Assembly (NCBI GenBank): GCA_019058245.1
Contig: JAHPZJ010000014.1
Span: 51,085-115,084 of the forward strand
Direction: 5' to 3'
DNA from: Promethearchaeota archaeon
GTDB lineage: Archaea; Asgardarchaeota; Lokiarchaeia; Sigyniarchaeales; SOKP01
DNA: 64,000 bases
A program made the position numbers and the translations under genes. How positions within the stretch are numbered: the first letter of the stretch is position 1; each line of letters opens with the position of its first letter. Below the pieces are notes generated by a model. That model was not told where the DNA came from. It did no database searches and saw nothing but the letters and a program-made list of their open reading frames with translations. Below, piece after piece: positions 1 to 10,535 of the stretch.

Positions 1-83
1 TTTAAATTATTACCTTAATTAATAAAGACATACTAATCAATTCAATATTATTAAAATTCATAAATTTAGTAAAAAAGAGTTTG

Positions 84-482
84 ATGAAAATGACTAAATG
101 GTTTACCAAAACACATCAATGGTTTGATGATGCCACAAAAATGGTTGGAATTACTCCTTTTGCTGCAGAACAGCTTGGAGAAATTAGTTTTGTTGATGTA
201 GAAGGCCTTGAAGGTGCTACTCTTGAACAAGTTAAAATGGATGGAGATGAACCTTCAAGTGACCCAATTGATTGTACTGTTGAATCAAGTAAAGCTGTTG
301 GAGATATTTATTCACCAGTAAGTGGTAATGTAATTGAAGTTAATTCCGATTTGATGGATGAACCTGAGAAAATTAACGAAGATGCTTTTGCTGCATGGCT
401 ATTTAAAATAGAACCATCAAATTGGGACGGTGAAAAAGGCAACCTATTAGATGAAGGAGCATATAACGCCCTAATAGGTTAG
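84..482 (+). CDS. gcvH: Glycine cleavage system H protein (lipoyl carrier)
   Basis: GITPFAAEQLGEI and lipoyl-lysine motif VESSKAVGDIYSPVSG; start 84 or 90 uncertain. Confidence 0.9.
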   Translation: MKMTKWFTKTHQWFDDATKMVGITPFAAEQLGEISFVDVEGLEGATLEQVKMDGDEPSSDPIDCTVESSKAVGDIYSPVSGNVIEVNSDLMDEPEKINEDAFAAWLFKIEPSNWDGEKGNLLDEGAYNALIG

Positions 483-684
483 AATATAAAACTTATTATA
501 TCTTTTTTCTAATTTTTTTTATCTTTTTTTTCTTTTCTTAAATAATTCCAAGAGAATTTAATAATTTGAGTTATTAATAGCAAAAAAATATAGCTTTAAT
601 TTATCAAATAAATCTGAGAATTTTTTAAAAATTATTAACATATTAAATTAAAAGTGGAGAAAACGCCATTTTCCTATTTAAAGG

Positions 685-1185
685 TTAAATTTCACCCATT
701 TTTACAGCTATCATATATTGGAGCATTATAAATGTTATAATAATCATTACCATTCCAATTACTAAAATCCAAACAGCCATTCTTTTATTATACACATATT
801 TAGATGCTTGAAATAATGCAATAAAACCAATAGAACAAAATAAAATTAAAATAGAGGCCACAATCCCTTCAATAATAAAACTTTCATGGATATCTTTATA
901 GATAAGCACAGGATTCCCTTGGCTATCTCCCCCTATTGCAGGAGGGTCTCTAACCATAAAATAAACTACACCAGTTTGAAGGATAAATAATATTATTAAG
1001 ATGGTAATTATACTTAGGGATCTTGAAGGTGATGGAAATGAAAGTCTTGGAAGTTTTAACTTAGGAAAATTAATCTTTGGTCTCCTTAATGATTTTCCAA
1101 AAACCCAAGGTGTTTTATCTTTAATCTTCTCAAAAATAGTTTCAGAACCAATAATTTCCTCTTTTTTTGATCCTACTTTCTGCAT
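685..1185 (-). CDS. OST3/OST6-family (OSTC/DC2-like) oligosaccharyltransferase accessory subunit
   Basis: Three TM segments; DPPAIG...SFIIEGIVASILILFCSIGFIAL resembles OSTC EPPSVG...[23 protein letters not shown]. Confidence 0.65.
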   Translation of the reverse strand: MQKVGSKKEEIIGSETIFEKIKDKTPWVFGKSLRRPKINFPKLKLPRLSFPSPSRSLSIITILIILFILQTGVVYFMVRDPPAIGGDSQGNPVLIYKDIHESFIIEGIVASILILFCSIGFIALFQASKYVYNKRMAVWILVIGMVMIIITFIMLQYMIAVKMGEI

Positions 1186-1254
1186 AGGCTATGAAATAAA
1201 TATTAAAATAAATTTAATAAGTTTTTCAAAGAAGTTCAAAATTACTCGTGGAAT

Positions 1255-2751
1255 TCAATTTAATTTTCTGAGTAAATTAATTAACAAATCCCAGACTTTT
1301 GCAACTGACTTAATGAGTAAACGTTCATCTGGTGAATGCGCACCTTCATTTGTCGGGCCAATTGAAATCATTTCCATTTTAGGAAAAGTTTTTTTTAAAA
1401 TTCCACATTCTAAACCAGCATGAATTGCTATAATCTCGAATTCTTCATTAAATAATTTCTTATATGTTTCATTATATTTTTTTAGTAAGTGTGATTGAAA
1501 ATTTGGAGTCCATCCTGGATAATCAGAATCTTTTATAATCTTTATTTCTAAACCACTTAAATCTAATAAAATTTTTGTTTTTTCCCAAATTACGTTTTTA
1601 AAATATTCACTTAAGCTTCTTTGGCTTACTTTAAGTTCTATATCATCTTCTCTTGTTGTTATTGTACTAAAATTTGAAGAACTAAATACTAATCCTTCAA
1701 TTCGAGGATGCATTGATAATGGACCGTTAGGTATTAAGTACATTATATTTAATAGATTATCTTGAATATTTTTATTTAAAACCTTATTATTACTATGTGA
1801 ATCTAATCTCTCTAATGATAAAGTTAGATTGGGTTCAATCTCATCGAAAATTACCTTTATCTCAGTAAATAGAGTTTCTATAGAGGATATAATCTCTGAA
1901 GATTGATCTTGCTCAACATATAATACAGATTCAACTTCTCTAGGTATAGCATTTGGTCTATTTCCCCCATCAATTGAACAAACATAAATTGAATATTGTT
2001 TATTTAATTTCCAAAGAAGTTGACCCATGATTTTTAACGCATTTCCCCTTCCTAAATGAATATCTCCTCCTGAATGACCTCCTCTTAATCCAGATATAAA
2101 AACTCTAATTGCTGTTAATTTTTGCTCTGGCAAGTTTAATTCTATCACATTTTTTTTTATTTCAATAATATGTACTAGACCACCTGCACAACCTATCGTT
2201 ACTGCATTATCCTCTTCTGAATCGAGGTTTATCAAGAAATCCCCATCTAAAAACTCTTTTTCAACTTTAAATGCCCCTCTAAGACCCTGTTCTTCATCAA
2301 CAGTAAATAACAAATTTAAATCTAATAAGTTAAAATTTAATTCCCTCTTACAAATCTTTTTCATCAAAGTTAAAATATAACATATTCCAACACCATCATC
2401 AGCTCCTAAAGTAGTTCCATCTGCTGTTAGCCATTTATCATTTTCTATTTCTTCAATTTTTAATTTTAATGGATCTCTTGAAAAATCATGAGATACTGAT
2501 TCATTTTTTTCACAAACCATATCCATATGACATTGTAATACAACGGTTGATTTTTGCTTTACTTTAGCAGGTACTATAACAACTAAATTTCCAACAGAAT
2601 CAATTTTATATTTAAATCCCAAACTCTCTGCTTCCTCCTTTATAAATGATCTTATTTTTTCTTCATGCTCAGAACATCGAGGAATTTTAGAAATTTTTTC
2701 AAAATAATCCCAAAATTCAGAGGGTTCTCCTAAATCTTTTAAATTTAGCAA
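1255..2751 (-). CDS. pepD: Aminoacyl-histidine dipeptidase (M20C)
   Basis: LQCHMDMVCEK, TTLGADDGVG, TVDEE, INLDSEE, IHAGLECG, HSPDE motifs. Confidence 0.92.
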   Translation of the reverse strand: MLNLKDLGEPSEFWDYFEKISKIPRCSEHEEKIRSFIKEEAESLGFKYKIDSVGNLVVIVPAKVKQKSTVVLQCHMDMVCEKNESVSHDFSRDPLKLKIEEIENDKWLTADGTTLGADDGVGICYILTLMKKICKRELNFNLLDLNLLFTVDEEQGLRGAFKVEKEFLDGDFLINLDSEEDNAVTIGCAGGLVHIIEIKKNVIELNLPEQKLTAIRVFISGLRGGHSGGDIHLGRGNALKIMGQLLWKLNKQYSIYVCSIDGGNRPNAIPREVESVLYVEQDQSSEIISSIETLFTEIKVIFDEIEPNLTLSLERLDSHSNNKVLNKNIQDNLLNIMYLIPNGPLSMHPRIEGLVFSSSNFSTITTREDDIELKVSQRSLSEYFKNVIWEKTKILLDLSGLEIKIIKDSDYPGWTPNFQSHLLKKYNETYKKLFNEEFEIIAIHAGLECGILKKTFPKMEMISIGPTNEGAHSPDERLLIKSVAKVWDLLINLLRKLN

Positions 2752-2847
2752 TATCGTCCCTTATAATTAAAATATATATAATTATTCATTTATAATAATT
2801 ATAAAATAACACAAAATTCTTTATAACTTTAGTTAAAGGCTAATTAA

Positions 2848-3975
2848 ATGAGTTGGAAAGATCTATATTCAGAAGTAAAAAAACGTAAAATAGAAGCACT
2901 AAATAAAAAGGATGTTGTGCAAGCTGTTGAAAAACACGGAAAGATTCTAGCTGTAAGTGGAAGATATGAAAAGCCTAAAAAAGTAATTGAGCATATGTAT
3001 GCATCCTTGAAGAAAATTATCAGAGAAAAAGATATTATGAAAGAAGAGCTTTCTCAATATGATGTAGTGCTTATCGGGTGTCCGGGTAGTGATATTCCTT
3101 ATGCCGCTCATCCAAAAGTTAGAGATTTTGTTATGAATGGTGGATGGTTGATAACCACAGACTGGGCTATACGAAGTATAATTGAAAATGTATTTCCGGG
3201 TTTTATTCGTTGGAACCAAGCTAAAACTGCTGATGCCGTAGTTGCATGTCAAATTAATGAACCAAATCACCCGTTCTTAGAGGGTGTAATTAGTGAAATT
3301 CAACAAAGTAAATGGCAAAAACAATCCGCTAAAAATACAAAAAAAAATGAATTTCGTTGGTGGTTGGAGACAAAATCATTTCCTATTCAAATTTTAAATC
3401 ATCAGGCTGTAAAAGTATTAATTAGTTCATGGGAAATTCAAAATAAGTGGGGTGAATCCCCCGTACTTGTGGAATTTGATTACGGAAAAAGAGCTGGAAA
3501 AATAATCCACATGATTAGCCATACTCATTTACAGAAAGGTGGAGCTAAAGGTAAATATGCCTCTGCGTTAATTTTAACAAATATTCTAGATGAAAAGGTG
3601 TCTCAAAAAATGGGAATAAAAGAAAAACCAACCTCTAGATATGTCTCAGATTGGCAACAAGTTCAGCCTCAACAGCAGTATAATCAACCGCCTTTAGAAG
3701 AACAATGGATTGCACCTCCATCACAATCAGAATACTTAACACCAGCTCCAGAAGGTAGTGGGTTGACAGAAACGTCCCAAATAATTGAGATTGATACAAA
3801 TAATCCTAGCTTCTCATTTACTAATAAGTGCATTTATTGTAATTATGATTTTACAGAATATAAGGGAACTATATTTGCATGTAATGCCTGTAAAACCTTA
3901 TACCATGAGCATTGCATTAATTCCCAAGTTAATGAAGGAATATGCAAAAAATGTAATAGAATATTATTATGGTGA
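2848..3975 (+). CDS. Hypothetical protein: class I glutamine-amidotransferase-like N-domain, Q/P-rich linker, C-terminal C4HC3 (PHD/RING-variant) finger
   Basis: YDVVLIGCPG...GGWLITTDWA; C-terminus CIYC-x14-CNAC-x4-H-x2-C-x9-CKKC. Confidence 0.6.
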   Translation: MSWKDLYSEVKKRKIEALNKKDVVQAVEKHGKILAVSGRYEKPKKVIEHMYASLKKIIREKDIMKEELSQYDVVLIGCPGSDIPYAAHPKVRDFVMNGGWLITTDWAIRSIIENVFPGFIRWNQAKTADAVVACQINEPNHPFLEGVISEIQQSKWQKQSAKNTKKNEFRWWLETKSFPIQILNHQAVKVLISSWEIQNKWGESPVLVEFDYGKRAGKIIHMISHTHLQKGGAKGKYASALILTNILDEKVSQKMGIKEKPTSRYVSDWQQVQPQQQYNQPPLEEQWIAPPSQSEYLTPAPEGSGLTETSQIIEIDTNNPSFSFTNKCIYCNYDFTEYKGTIFACNACKTLYHEHCINSQVNEGICKKCNRILLW

Positions 3976-4091
3976 TTGTCCTACAATTATTATTACTCTC
4001 TCATCCTTTCTTTTGCTAAATTAATTCTTTTAATAAATTAAAAATAGAGAATAAAAATAAAAAAAAGAAAAAATTTTTCTTGTTCTAAAAA

Positions 4092-4289
4092 TTAGTTTTC
4101 TATAATTTCAATAGCTTCTTCTGGACATTGAGTTTCACAAGCCCTACATCCTACACAGTCTTCCCTATTTTCTTCAATAACATTTACTTTCCCTCCCTCC
4201 GGTTCTCCAAAGCATTCAGAAGGGCATACTTCATAGCAAGTACCACAACCAGTACAAGCATCCATATCAATATTAATATCAAAGGACAT
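4092..4289 (-). CDS. 2x[4Fe-4S] ferredoxin
   Basis: CTGCGTCYEVCP and CVGCRACETQCP. Confidence 0.9.
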   Translation of the reverse strand: MSFDINIDMDACTGCGTCYEVCPSECFGEPEGGKVNVIEENREDCVGCRACETQCPEEAIEIIEN

Positions 4290-4470
4290 TGTTTTTTAAC
4301 TCCTTTCAATTGTTTTTTCTTATGTTAAAAATTATGATTATTTAATAATAATACTAATTTTGATAATAATATAAAAAATATAAATTTCGTTTTTATTAGG
4401 AAAAATTATCAATTGATTCTTACATTTTAGATTTAGTACAACTCTTTTAATAAAAAATAATTATTTAACA

Positions 4471-5589
4471 TTGAAAGCTAATAAACTTTGGAATTTTGAA
4501 TACAACGCCCCTATTCTTGGAATTGAAGTAGTTGATATCAATAACAATGAACAATTAGAAATTATTGCTTTTACTAAAACTGGAAAGTTATTATTCATAT
4601 CACTTGATGGTAAATTGTTACATCAAGAAGTAATCTCGGAGAATTCACCACTTTGGCATATGAGAATACATGATATTGATAATGATGGAAGATATGAAAT
4701 AATAGTAGGCGGTATCGATGGGATCGTAAGAATTTTTAAATGCACATTTGCTTATAATTTAGAGCCTCTATGGACTCATAAATTTAATTCCTCTATTAGC
4801 GGAATTCTAATAGAAGATATAAATAATGATAATATCAATGAGTTAATTATATTTTCACTTGATAAAACGCTACGGGTTTTAAATTCCTTAGATGGTAAGT
4901 TAATTTGGGCGCAAATTTTTGAAGATGGTATAGGAGATGCTATCGTTTTTAAAAATAATAAAAAAAGTACAAGTAAAGAAGTACTAGCGTGTGGAAATGA
5001 CGGAACTATAAGATGTTATGATGGGAAAGATGGAAACTTATTATGGTTCAAAAAATATTCTGAAAAATTGCGAGTTATTACTTATATGAACAGAATTAAG
5101 GAAATATTAGTATTATCTGGAGGAGATGACAAAAAGCTACATTTTATAAACAAAACAACTCAAAATGAAATTAATACATTACAATTTAATAATTATGTAT
5201 GGAACTGCGTATCATATCCATTTCCAATCTTAAATAATGTTCTCGTCAGTTCTTATTCATTTGCTTTTTTTGATGAATCGACACTAATTCAAAATATTGA
5301 ATTTACTTCGAAGTTGGTTTGTTTAAATGAGTCTTTTGAAATAAAATGGGAATTAAATGGATATAATATAGAATTTTTAAAGATAATAAAAATTAATAAC
5401 ACACTTCTTATTATTGCTGGTACTACTAAAGGTGAGCTTTTGATTATTGAAGAACAAACAGGAAAAGTAAAATTTTATAAAAATTTTAATTCTTGTATTA
5501 ATATGTCTCAAGTGTGTATAGAAAAAAGGTTACTCTTTAGTTGTCATGATGATGGAACTATTATGGCCTACAAATTTCAAAAGATTTAG
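4471..5589 (+). CDS. Beta-propeller (FG-GAP/WD40-like) repeat protein
   Basis: Repeated DIxNDxxxE-II and DG-x-LxW blades, GxDGTIR motifs. Confidence 0.7.
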   Translation: MKANKLWNFEYNAPILGIEVVDINNNEQLEIIAFTKTGKLLFISLDGKLLHQEVISENSPLWHMRIHDIDNDGRYEIIVGGIDGIVRIFKCTFAYNLEPLWTHKFNSSISGILIEDINNDNINELIIFSLDKTLRVLNSLDGKLIWAQIFEDGIGDAIVFKNNKKSTSKEVLACGNDGTIRCYDGKDGNLLWFKKYSEKLRVITYMNRIKEILVLSGGDDKKLHFINKTTQNEINTLQFNNYVWNCVSYPFPILNNVLVSSYSFAFFDESTLIQNIEFTSKLVCLNESFEIKWELNGYNIEFLKIIKINNTLLIIAGTTKGELLIIEEQTGKVKFYKNFNSCINMSQVCIEKRLLFSCHDDGTIMAYKFQKI

Positions 5590-5641
5590 TATGGTTAGAT
5601 GTTCAAATTTGAAATAAAAAAAAGAAAAATATAATTAAAAC

Positions 5642-5971
5642 TTAATCTTCTGCCTCTTCAGCTTCTTCAGCAGCTAATTCCTCTTCAAGTTCTTCTAATG
5701 GGACAGGTGCGGGAGTTGTTAACATGCTGTAACCAATCCAAATAGCAATAATTGAGATAAGTAACACAAGAAGCCACATAGGTGCTACTACAAATAATCT
5801 CCAATCAAGCCAATCGATTCCAAACAAATTAGTCCATGAATCCCATTCTCCAGTAGCGGGGGCCCAAATTGTAGTGAATAAGAGATCTAAGATTGAACCC
5901 ATTGTATAAATTATGGCAATTAAAATGCCAACAATCATTACAATGGCACCAATTATTTTATCTTTTGCCAT
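5642..5971 (-). CDS. Small 2-TM membrane protein with acidic tail, DPM2-like pattern
   Basis: ATG at 5971; DKIIG...IIYT / VVAP...IWIGYSML pattern. Confidence 0.55.
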   Translation of the reverse strand: MAKDKIIGAIVMIVGILIAIIYTMGSILDLLFTTIWAPATGEWDSWTNLFGIDWLDWRLFVVAPMWLLVLLISIIAIWIGYSMLTTPAPVPLEELEEELAAEEAEEAED

Positions 5972-6182
5972 GGTTATAACCTTTCCTTTCAACCTTTTTT
6001 TTATTTTAACAATATATTGTTAAACATACAATATTATGCTTAATATTATTTTTAAAAAATTATTCAATTAAAACCATTCGATCATCCTATTTGATCATAA
6101 ATAAAATATGTGGATGATCCATAAATAAACTATATAGAAATATTAAAAATTATTAGAGATTAAAAAATCGAATACTCAATTT

Positions 6183-7151
6183 ATGTCTAAAAATACAGGA
6201 TATGTTCTAATAATTGGTTCTAGTAATCTGGATTTCATGATTTATTCTAAAAGATTTCCAAATCCAGGAGAAACTGTTACTGGAGGATCATTTAAGCAAT
6301 ATTTAGGGGGAAAAGGAGCTAATCAAGCAGTAGCTTCGGTAAGATCAGGCTCTATGACTATTTTCATTGGAAAAATTGGAACTGATTTCTTTGGTGATCA
6401 AATGGTCTCTCAATTGACAGATGAAGGAATTAATATGAATCATATTATCAGAGATTCCAAAGAACCAAGTGGAGTTGCTTTTATTTTAATTGATCAAAAT
6501 GGTGAAAATATGATAAGTGTAGCACCTGGAGCAAATTTTAATCTGAAACCAGAAGAGATTAGATCTAGAGCTCAAATCATAAAAAATGCAAATTCCATCG
6601 TGGTTCAGATGGAAATTCCTATAGAAACTATTCAGGAAATATTTAAAATAGCTTCTGAAGGGAATGCAATCAAAATTCTAAATCCTGCTCCCTTAAAACC
6701 CCTCCCAGTTGATATCTTTAGTAAAGTTGATATTATTATTCCTAATGAAGGTGAGCTTTTTCGTTTATATTCTCTATTAGGGTTTAAAGATATATTAGGG
6801 GAGAATACACAAAAAATATTCCAAATTTCGAGGGATATAGCAAATTTAGGGTTAAAATTTATCATTACAACATTAGGAAATAGAGGATGCCTAATTTTTG
6901 ATAAAAAAAATGATAAGTTTTATCAAGTGGCTACTCCAAAGGTTAAACCTGTAGACACTGTAGGGGCGGGTGATTGTTTTATAGGGGTTTTAGCTAGTCA
7001 GTTGAATAAAGGTATAGATATTGTAAATGCTGCTAAATTTGCCACGGTAGCAGCCTCTATTGCTGTTACTAGAAAAGGAGCGCAAGAATCAATGCCTTTT
7101 TCAAATGAAATTCATAATAAATTAAAAGATTTGAATTTAAATAATAACTAA
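6183..7151 (+). CDS. rbsK: Ribokinase (PfkB family)
   Basis: GGKGANQAVA, ILNPAP, PNEGE, DTVGAGDCF. Confidence 0.9.
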   Translation: MSKNTGYVLIIGSSNLDFMIYSKRFPNPGETVTGGSFKQYLGGKGANQAVASVRSGSMTIFIGKIGTDFFGDQMVSQLTDEGINMNHIIRDSKEPSGVAFILIDQNGENMISVAPGANFNLKPEEIRSRAQIIKNANSIVVQMEIPIETIQEIFKIASEGNAIKILNPAPLKPLPVDIFSKVDIIIPNEGELFRLYSLLGFKDILGENTQKIFQISRDIANLGLKFIITTLGNRGCLIFDKKNDKFYQVATPKVKPVDTVGAGDCFIGVLASQLNKGIDIVNAAKFATVAASIAVTRKGAQESMPFSNEIHNKLKDLNLNNN

Positions 7152-7159
7152 AAGGTTTA

Positions 7160-7840
7160 ATGAAGGTGTATACAGAATATATCCCCATTCAAAGAAGTAC
7201 TTTGTTGAGGAAGACAGATATTAAGGAATTAGTAATTAAAATAGATCAAAAACATCTAAAGGATATATTCTTAATTAATGGTTCAAATTTTAAAACTGAA
7301 GCAATAAAAACTTCAGATTTATTAATTAAACCTTATACTCATTACATGATAATAAATAGGGGAAAAGATATACTTGATATTCAATATAATCAAGACATCT
7401 TTGATCATCAAGTAATATATGATCCTTATAAATATGAATCATCCCAGAAGAAGTTTTTAGAACCAAATTGGTTTATAGAAAGATATAGTATCCCGAAAGG
7501 ATATATTGATACACTTCCCAAGTGGTATAGCTTTAAATTTACTTATCCCGATTATAATTTGATATTTGTTCGACCAGAATTTGGGCTTTCCATCCAAATC
7601 CATAAACATAGAAATGAAACATGGGAATTATTAGAAGGTAAACCTATTATAATTACAGGAAATACCGTACATTATTTTGTTGAAACGGGCTTTATATGTC
7701 AAAATCATATTAATACTTACCATTCTATCATTAATCCTAATAAAGAAGAAGATAAATATGTACTGATAAAAGAAAGATGGAACGGAGATTTTGATGAAAG
7801 TGATATAGATCGCGTTTTTAATCCAAATGAGTATCAATAA
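7160..7840 (+). CDS. Cupin protein, mannose-6-phosphate isomerase type II C-terminal-like
   Basis: LSIQIHKHRNETW...H...ESDIDR motif. Confidence 0.55.
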   Translation: MKVYTEYIPIQRSTLLRKTDIKELVIKIDQKHLKDIFLINGSNFKTEAIKTSDLLIKPYTHYMIINRGKDILDIQYNQDIFDHQVIYDPYKYESSQKKFLEPNWFIERYSIPKGYIDTLPKWYSFKFTYPDYNLIFVRPEFGLSIQIHKHRNETWELLEGKPIIITGNTVHYFVETGFICQNHINTYHSIINPNKEEDKYVLIKERWNGDFDESDIDRVFNPNEYQ

Positions 7841-8068
7841 TAAATTTCTACTAGTAAATGAAGTAGATAAAAAGGCGTTTCTTATTTTAGGAATAAACAA
7901 AAGTGAGATTTTCTTCAAAATTACATCTAACACTTATAAGTTTTATGATTTTTGCGTGCTTAACCTAAAAGTTAAAATTTAATTGAATACTAAAAACCTT
8001 ATCGTAATATGATTTATGAGAAAAAATTTACCAAATAATATTAATGGAATAAGTAGATTGGTTAAAAA

Positions 8069-8644
8069 ATGGCTCCAGAAGAAAAATTTGATGAAAAAAA
8101 ATCTGAAGAAAAGGAAGAAACGTTAAATAATGATTTAGAAAAAGACTCAAATTCAGAGAAAGGCACTGAAACTGAATCTGAAACAGAATCAACAGAAGTA
8201 TTAGAAGAAGAACGAGAATTAGACACAGAAGCAGAGTTAGATAGACTAAGATTCAAATATAGAGGGCATACCATTGATGAATTGAAGAAAATGAATATGG
8301 ATCAATTCATACAATTATTACCAGCCAGAGCCAGACGCTCATTAAAACGAGGCTTACCTCCTAGACAAAAAAAATTACTAGAAAGACTAAGACACGCATA
8401 TCGTGCTAAAAAAAGAGGCAAGGATTTAACTACTAGAACACATGTGAGAGATATGATCATATTTCCTGAAATGGTTGGTCTCAAAATTGGTGTTTACAAT
8501 GGTCGAATTTTTGAAATTGTTGATATAAGACCAGAAATGATTGGACATTATTTAGGAGAATTCTCTCTTACAAGGAAAAGAGTACAACACGGTTCTCCCG
8601 GAATTGGAGCCACAAGAAGTTCAAAATATGTTCCGTTAAAATGA
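8069..8644 (+). CDS. rps19: 30S ribosomal protein uS19 with acidic N-terminal extension
   Basis: [42 protein letters not shown]. Confidence 0.97.
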   Translation: MAPEEKFDEKKSEEKEETLNNDLEKDSNSEKGTETESETESTEVLEEERELDTEAELDRLRFKYRGHTIDELKKMNMDQFIQLLPARARRSLKRGLPPRQKKLLERLRHAYRAKKRGKDLTTRTHVRDMIIFPEMVGLKIGVYNGRIFEIVDIRPEMIGHYLGEFSLTRKRVQHGSPGIGATRSSKYVPLK

Positions 8645-8664
8645 TAATATAATAAACAAGTTGA

Positions 8665-9150
8665 TTGAAATTGCCTAATTGGGGTTATTCTTTTACAGAA
8701 GAGAAATATGATGCAGATAGATTAGCAAAGGCATCGGGTAGAGATATTAGAATTAAACCAAAACATGCAAGAGAAATATGTGCTGTAATTAAAGGTATGA
8801 AAGTAGAACAAGCAAAATCATACTTAGAGAAAGTAATCAGCTTAAAACAATCAGTACCTTTTAGAAGGCATAAGAAAAAAGTGGCGCATAGACATGATTT
8901 GAAACAATTTAAATGGTATGCTGGACGATATCCTCAAAAAGCAGCGGCCAGAATATTTGAAATTCTTACATCTGTTGAATCCAACGCAGAATATAAAGGT
9001 TTAGATATTGATTTATGTAGGATTATCCATTCTGCAACGCATAGAGGTAGAATAATAAAAAGAAATATTCCTAGAGCACATGGTCGTAGCACAGCTAGAA
9101 ATAAACATCTCTCACATATAGAAATTATAATTTATGAGTTCCCTAGTTAG
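8665..9150 (+). CDS. rpl22: 50S ribosomal protein uL22
   Basis: GRYPQKAA, PRAHGR, HIEII; operon position. Confidence 0.96.
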   Translation: MKLPNWGYSFTEEKYDADRLAKASGRDIRIKPKHAREICAVIKGMKVEQAKSYLEKVISLKQSVPFRRHKKKVAHRHDLKQFKWYAGRYPQKAAARIFEILTSVESNAEYKGLDIDLCRIIHSATHRGRIIKRNIPRAHGRSTARNKHLSHIEIIIYEFPS

Positions 9151-9200
9151 GTTAATTTATAATAGATTTAAAAGTATATTTTTAAAGATTTTGAAATAAA

Positions 9201-9992
9201 ATGAGTCCACTAGTAAAAAACTTTATTGAACAAGGGATTAAGTTGATGCAAATAAATGAATATTTGCGTTCAGAGCTAGTTCGTGCTGGATTTGCCGGAG
9301 TTGAATTACAACGTACACCACTAGGGGTACGAATAACGTTAAAAACGAGTCGTCCTGGATTAGTCATTGGAAAAGGTGGAAAGAGAATTCAAGAAATAAC
9401 AGATGTTCTACAAGATAGATTCGGCCTAGAGATGCCTCAGATTGAAGTTGAAGAAGTCACAGAGCCAGATCTTGATGCTCAGATTATGGCAGAAAGATTA
9501 GCTTATTCATTAGATAGGGGACGACATTATAGACGAGCGGGTTATTACATACTCAGAAAGGTAATGGATGCTGGGGCTCGCGGTGTAGAAATTATTATTT
9601 CAGGTAAAGTAACTTCCCAACGTGCTCGAGTTCAAATCTTTAGAGCTGGAACTATGTCCAAAAGTGGTCAAACTGCTCAAGAAGGTGTGGATAAGGGTGT
9701 TGCACAATGTATTCAGAAATCTGGAGTGCTAGGTATAATTGTAAAAATCATGCGAGCTAATACTAAAATGGGTGATGACATTAAAATTAGGGAAAATCTT
9801 TTAGCTAAAGCCCAAGCAGAAGAAGAAGCAAAATTAGCAAAGACACGAGCAGATTATATAATAGAAGAAGAAGAGGGTATTTTAAGTAAAGAGGAAAAAA
9901 AATTGCTTGATGAAGTAGATGAGGAGGATACATCTGAAATCTCATTAAATTCTGATAAAGAAATCGAAAAATTAGAATCAGATGAAGAATAA
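9201..9992 (+). CDS. rps3: 30S ribosomal protein uS3
   Basis: KH motif RPGLVIGKGGKRI, GARGVEIIISGK. Confidence 0.97.
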   Translation: MSPLVKNFIEQGIKLMQINEYLRSELVRAGFAGVELQRTPLGVRITLKTSRPGLVIGKGGKRIQEITDVLQDRFGLEMPQIEVEEVTEPDLDAQIMAERLAYSLDRGRHYRRAGYYILRKVMDAGARGVEIIISGKVTSQRARVQIFRAGTMSKSGQTAQEGVDKGVAQCIQKSGVLGIIVKIMRANTKMGDDIKIRENLLAKAQAEEEAKLAKTRADYIIEEEEGILSKEEKKLLDEVDEEDTSEISLNSDKEIEKLESDEE

Positions 9993-10023
9993 CTAGTATA
10001 TGATTAATAAAGAGTGATAAGGA

Positions 10024-10224
10024 ATGGATATTATTACAGCCAAAAAAATCCGAGAAATGGATGATAGAGAAAGAGAAAGAACGTTAATGAATTTAAGAGA
10101 AGAATTGATGATGCTCTACTCAATGCAAACTGGTGGTGGACTTGCTGATAACCCTGCTAAAGCAAAATTATTAAAAAAACAAATAGCGAGAGTATTAACA
10201 GTAATAAATGAAGAGGAACGATGA
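10024..10224 (+). CDS. rpl29: 50S ribosomal protein uL29
   Basis: NPAKAKLLKKQIARVLTVINE. Confidence 0.93.
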   Translation: MDIITAKKIREMDDRERERTLMNLREELMMLYSMQTGGGLADNPAKAKLLKKQIARVLTVINEEER

Positions 10225-10535
10225 TCGATCCAAAATATTTAATATATCATGACTTAATAGGGTTTTCTGCCTATATTAAGCCCAAATCAAAATTAAAAGA
10301 CAGGGTTTTCTTAGATATAGGTGTTGTAATTAATGATACAAAAAATATGCTAATTACTGAAAAAAATAACAAAATTAAAAAATATATCAAAAAAGATAAT
10401 ATCTTTCGATTTAAGATACCTAACTACAAAAGTGAAGAAGAAGAATACTATTTAGAAGTTCAAGGGAATAAAATTGTTGGGTCTCCTATAAATAGATTAA
10501 GAAGTTTAAAGAAAAAGAGATGGTTAAAAACATGA
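10221..10535 (+). CDS. rnp1: RNase P protein subunit p29 (Pop4/Rpp29)
   Basis: HDLIG, GVVINDTKNML, VQGNKIVGSPINRL; canonical position between uL29 and uS17. Confidence 0.85.
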   Translation: MIDPKYLIYHDLIGFSAYIKPKSKLKDRVFLDIGVVINDTKNMLITEKNNKIKKYIKKDNIFRFKIPNYKSEEEEYYLEVQGNKIVGSPINRLRSLKKKRWLKT

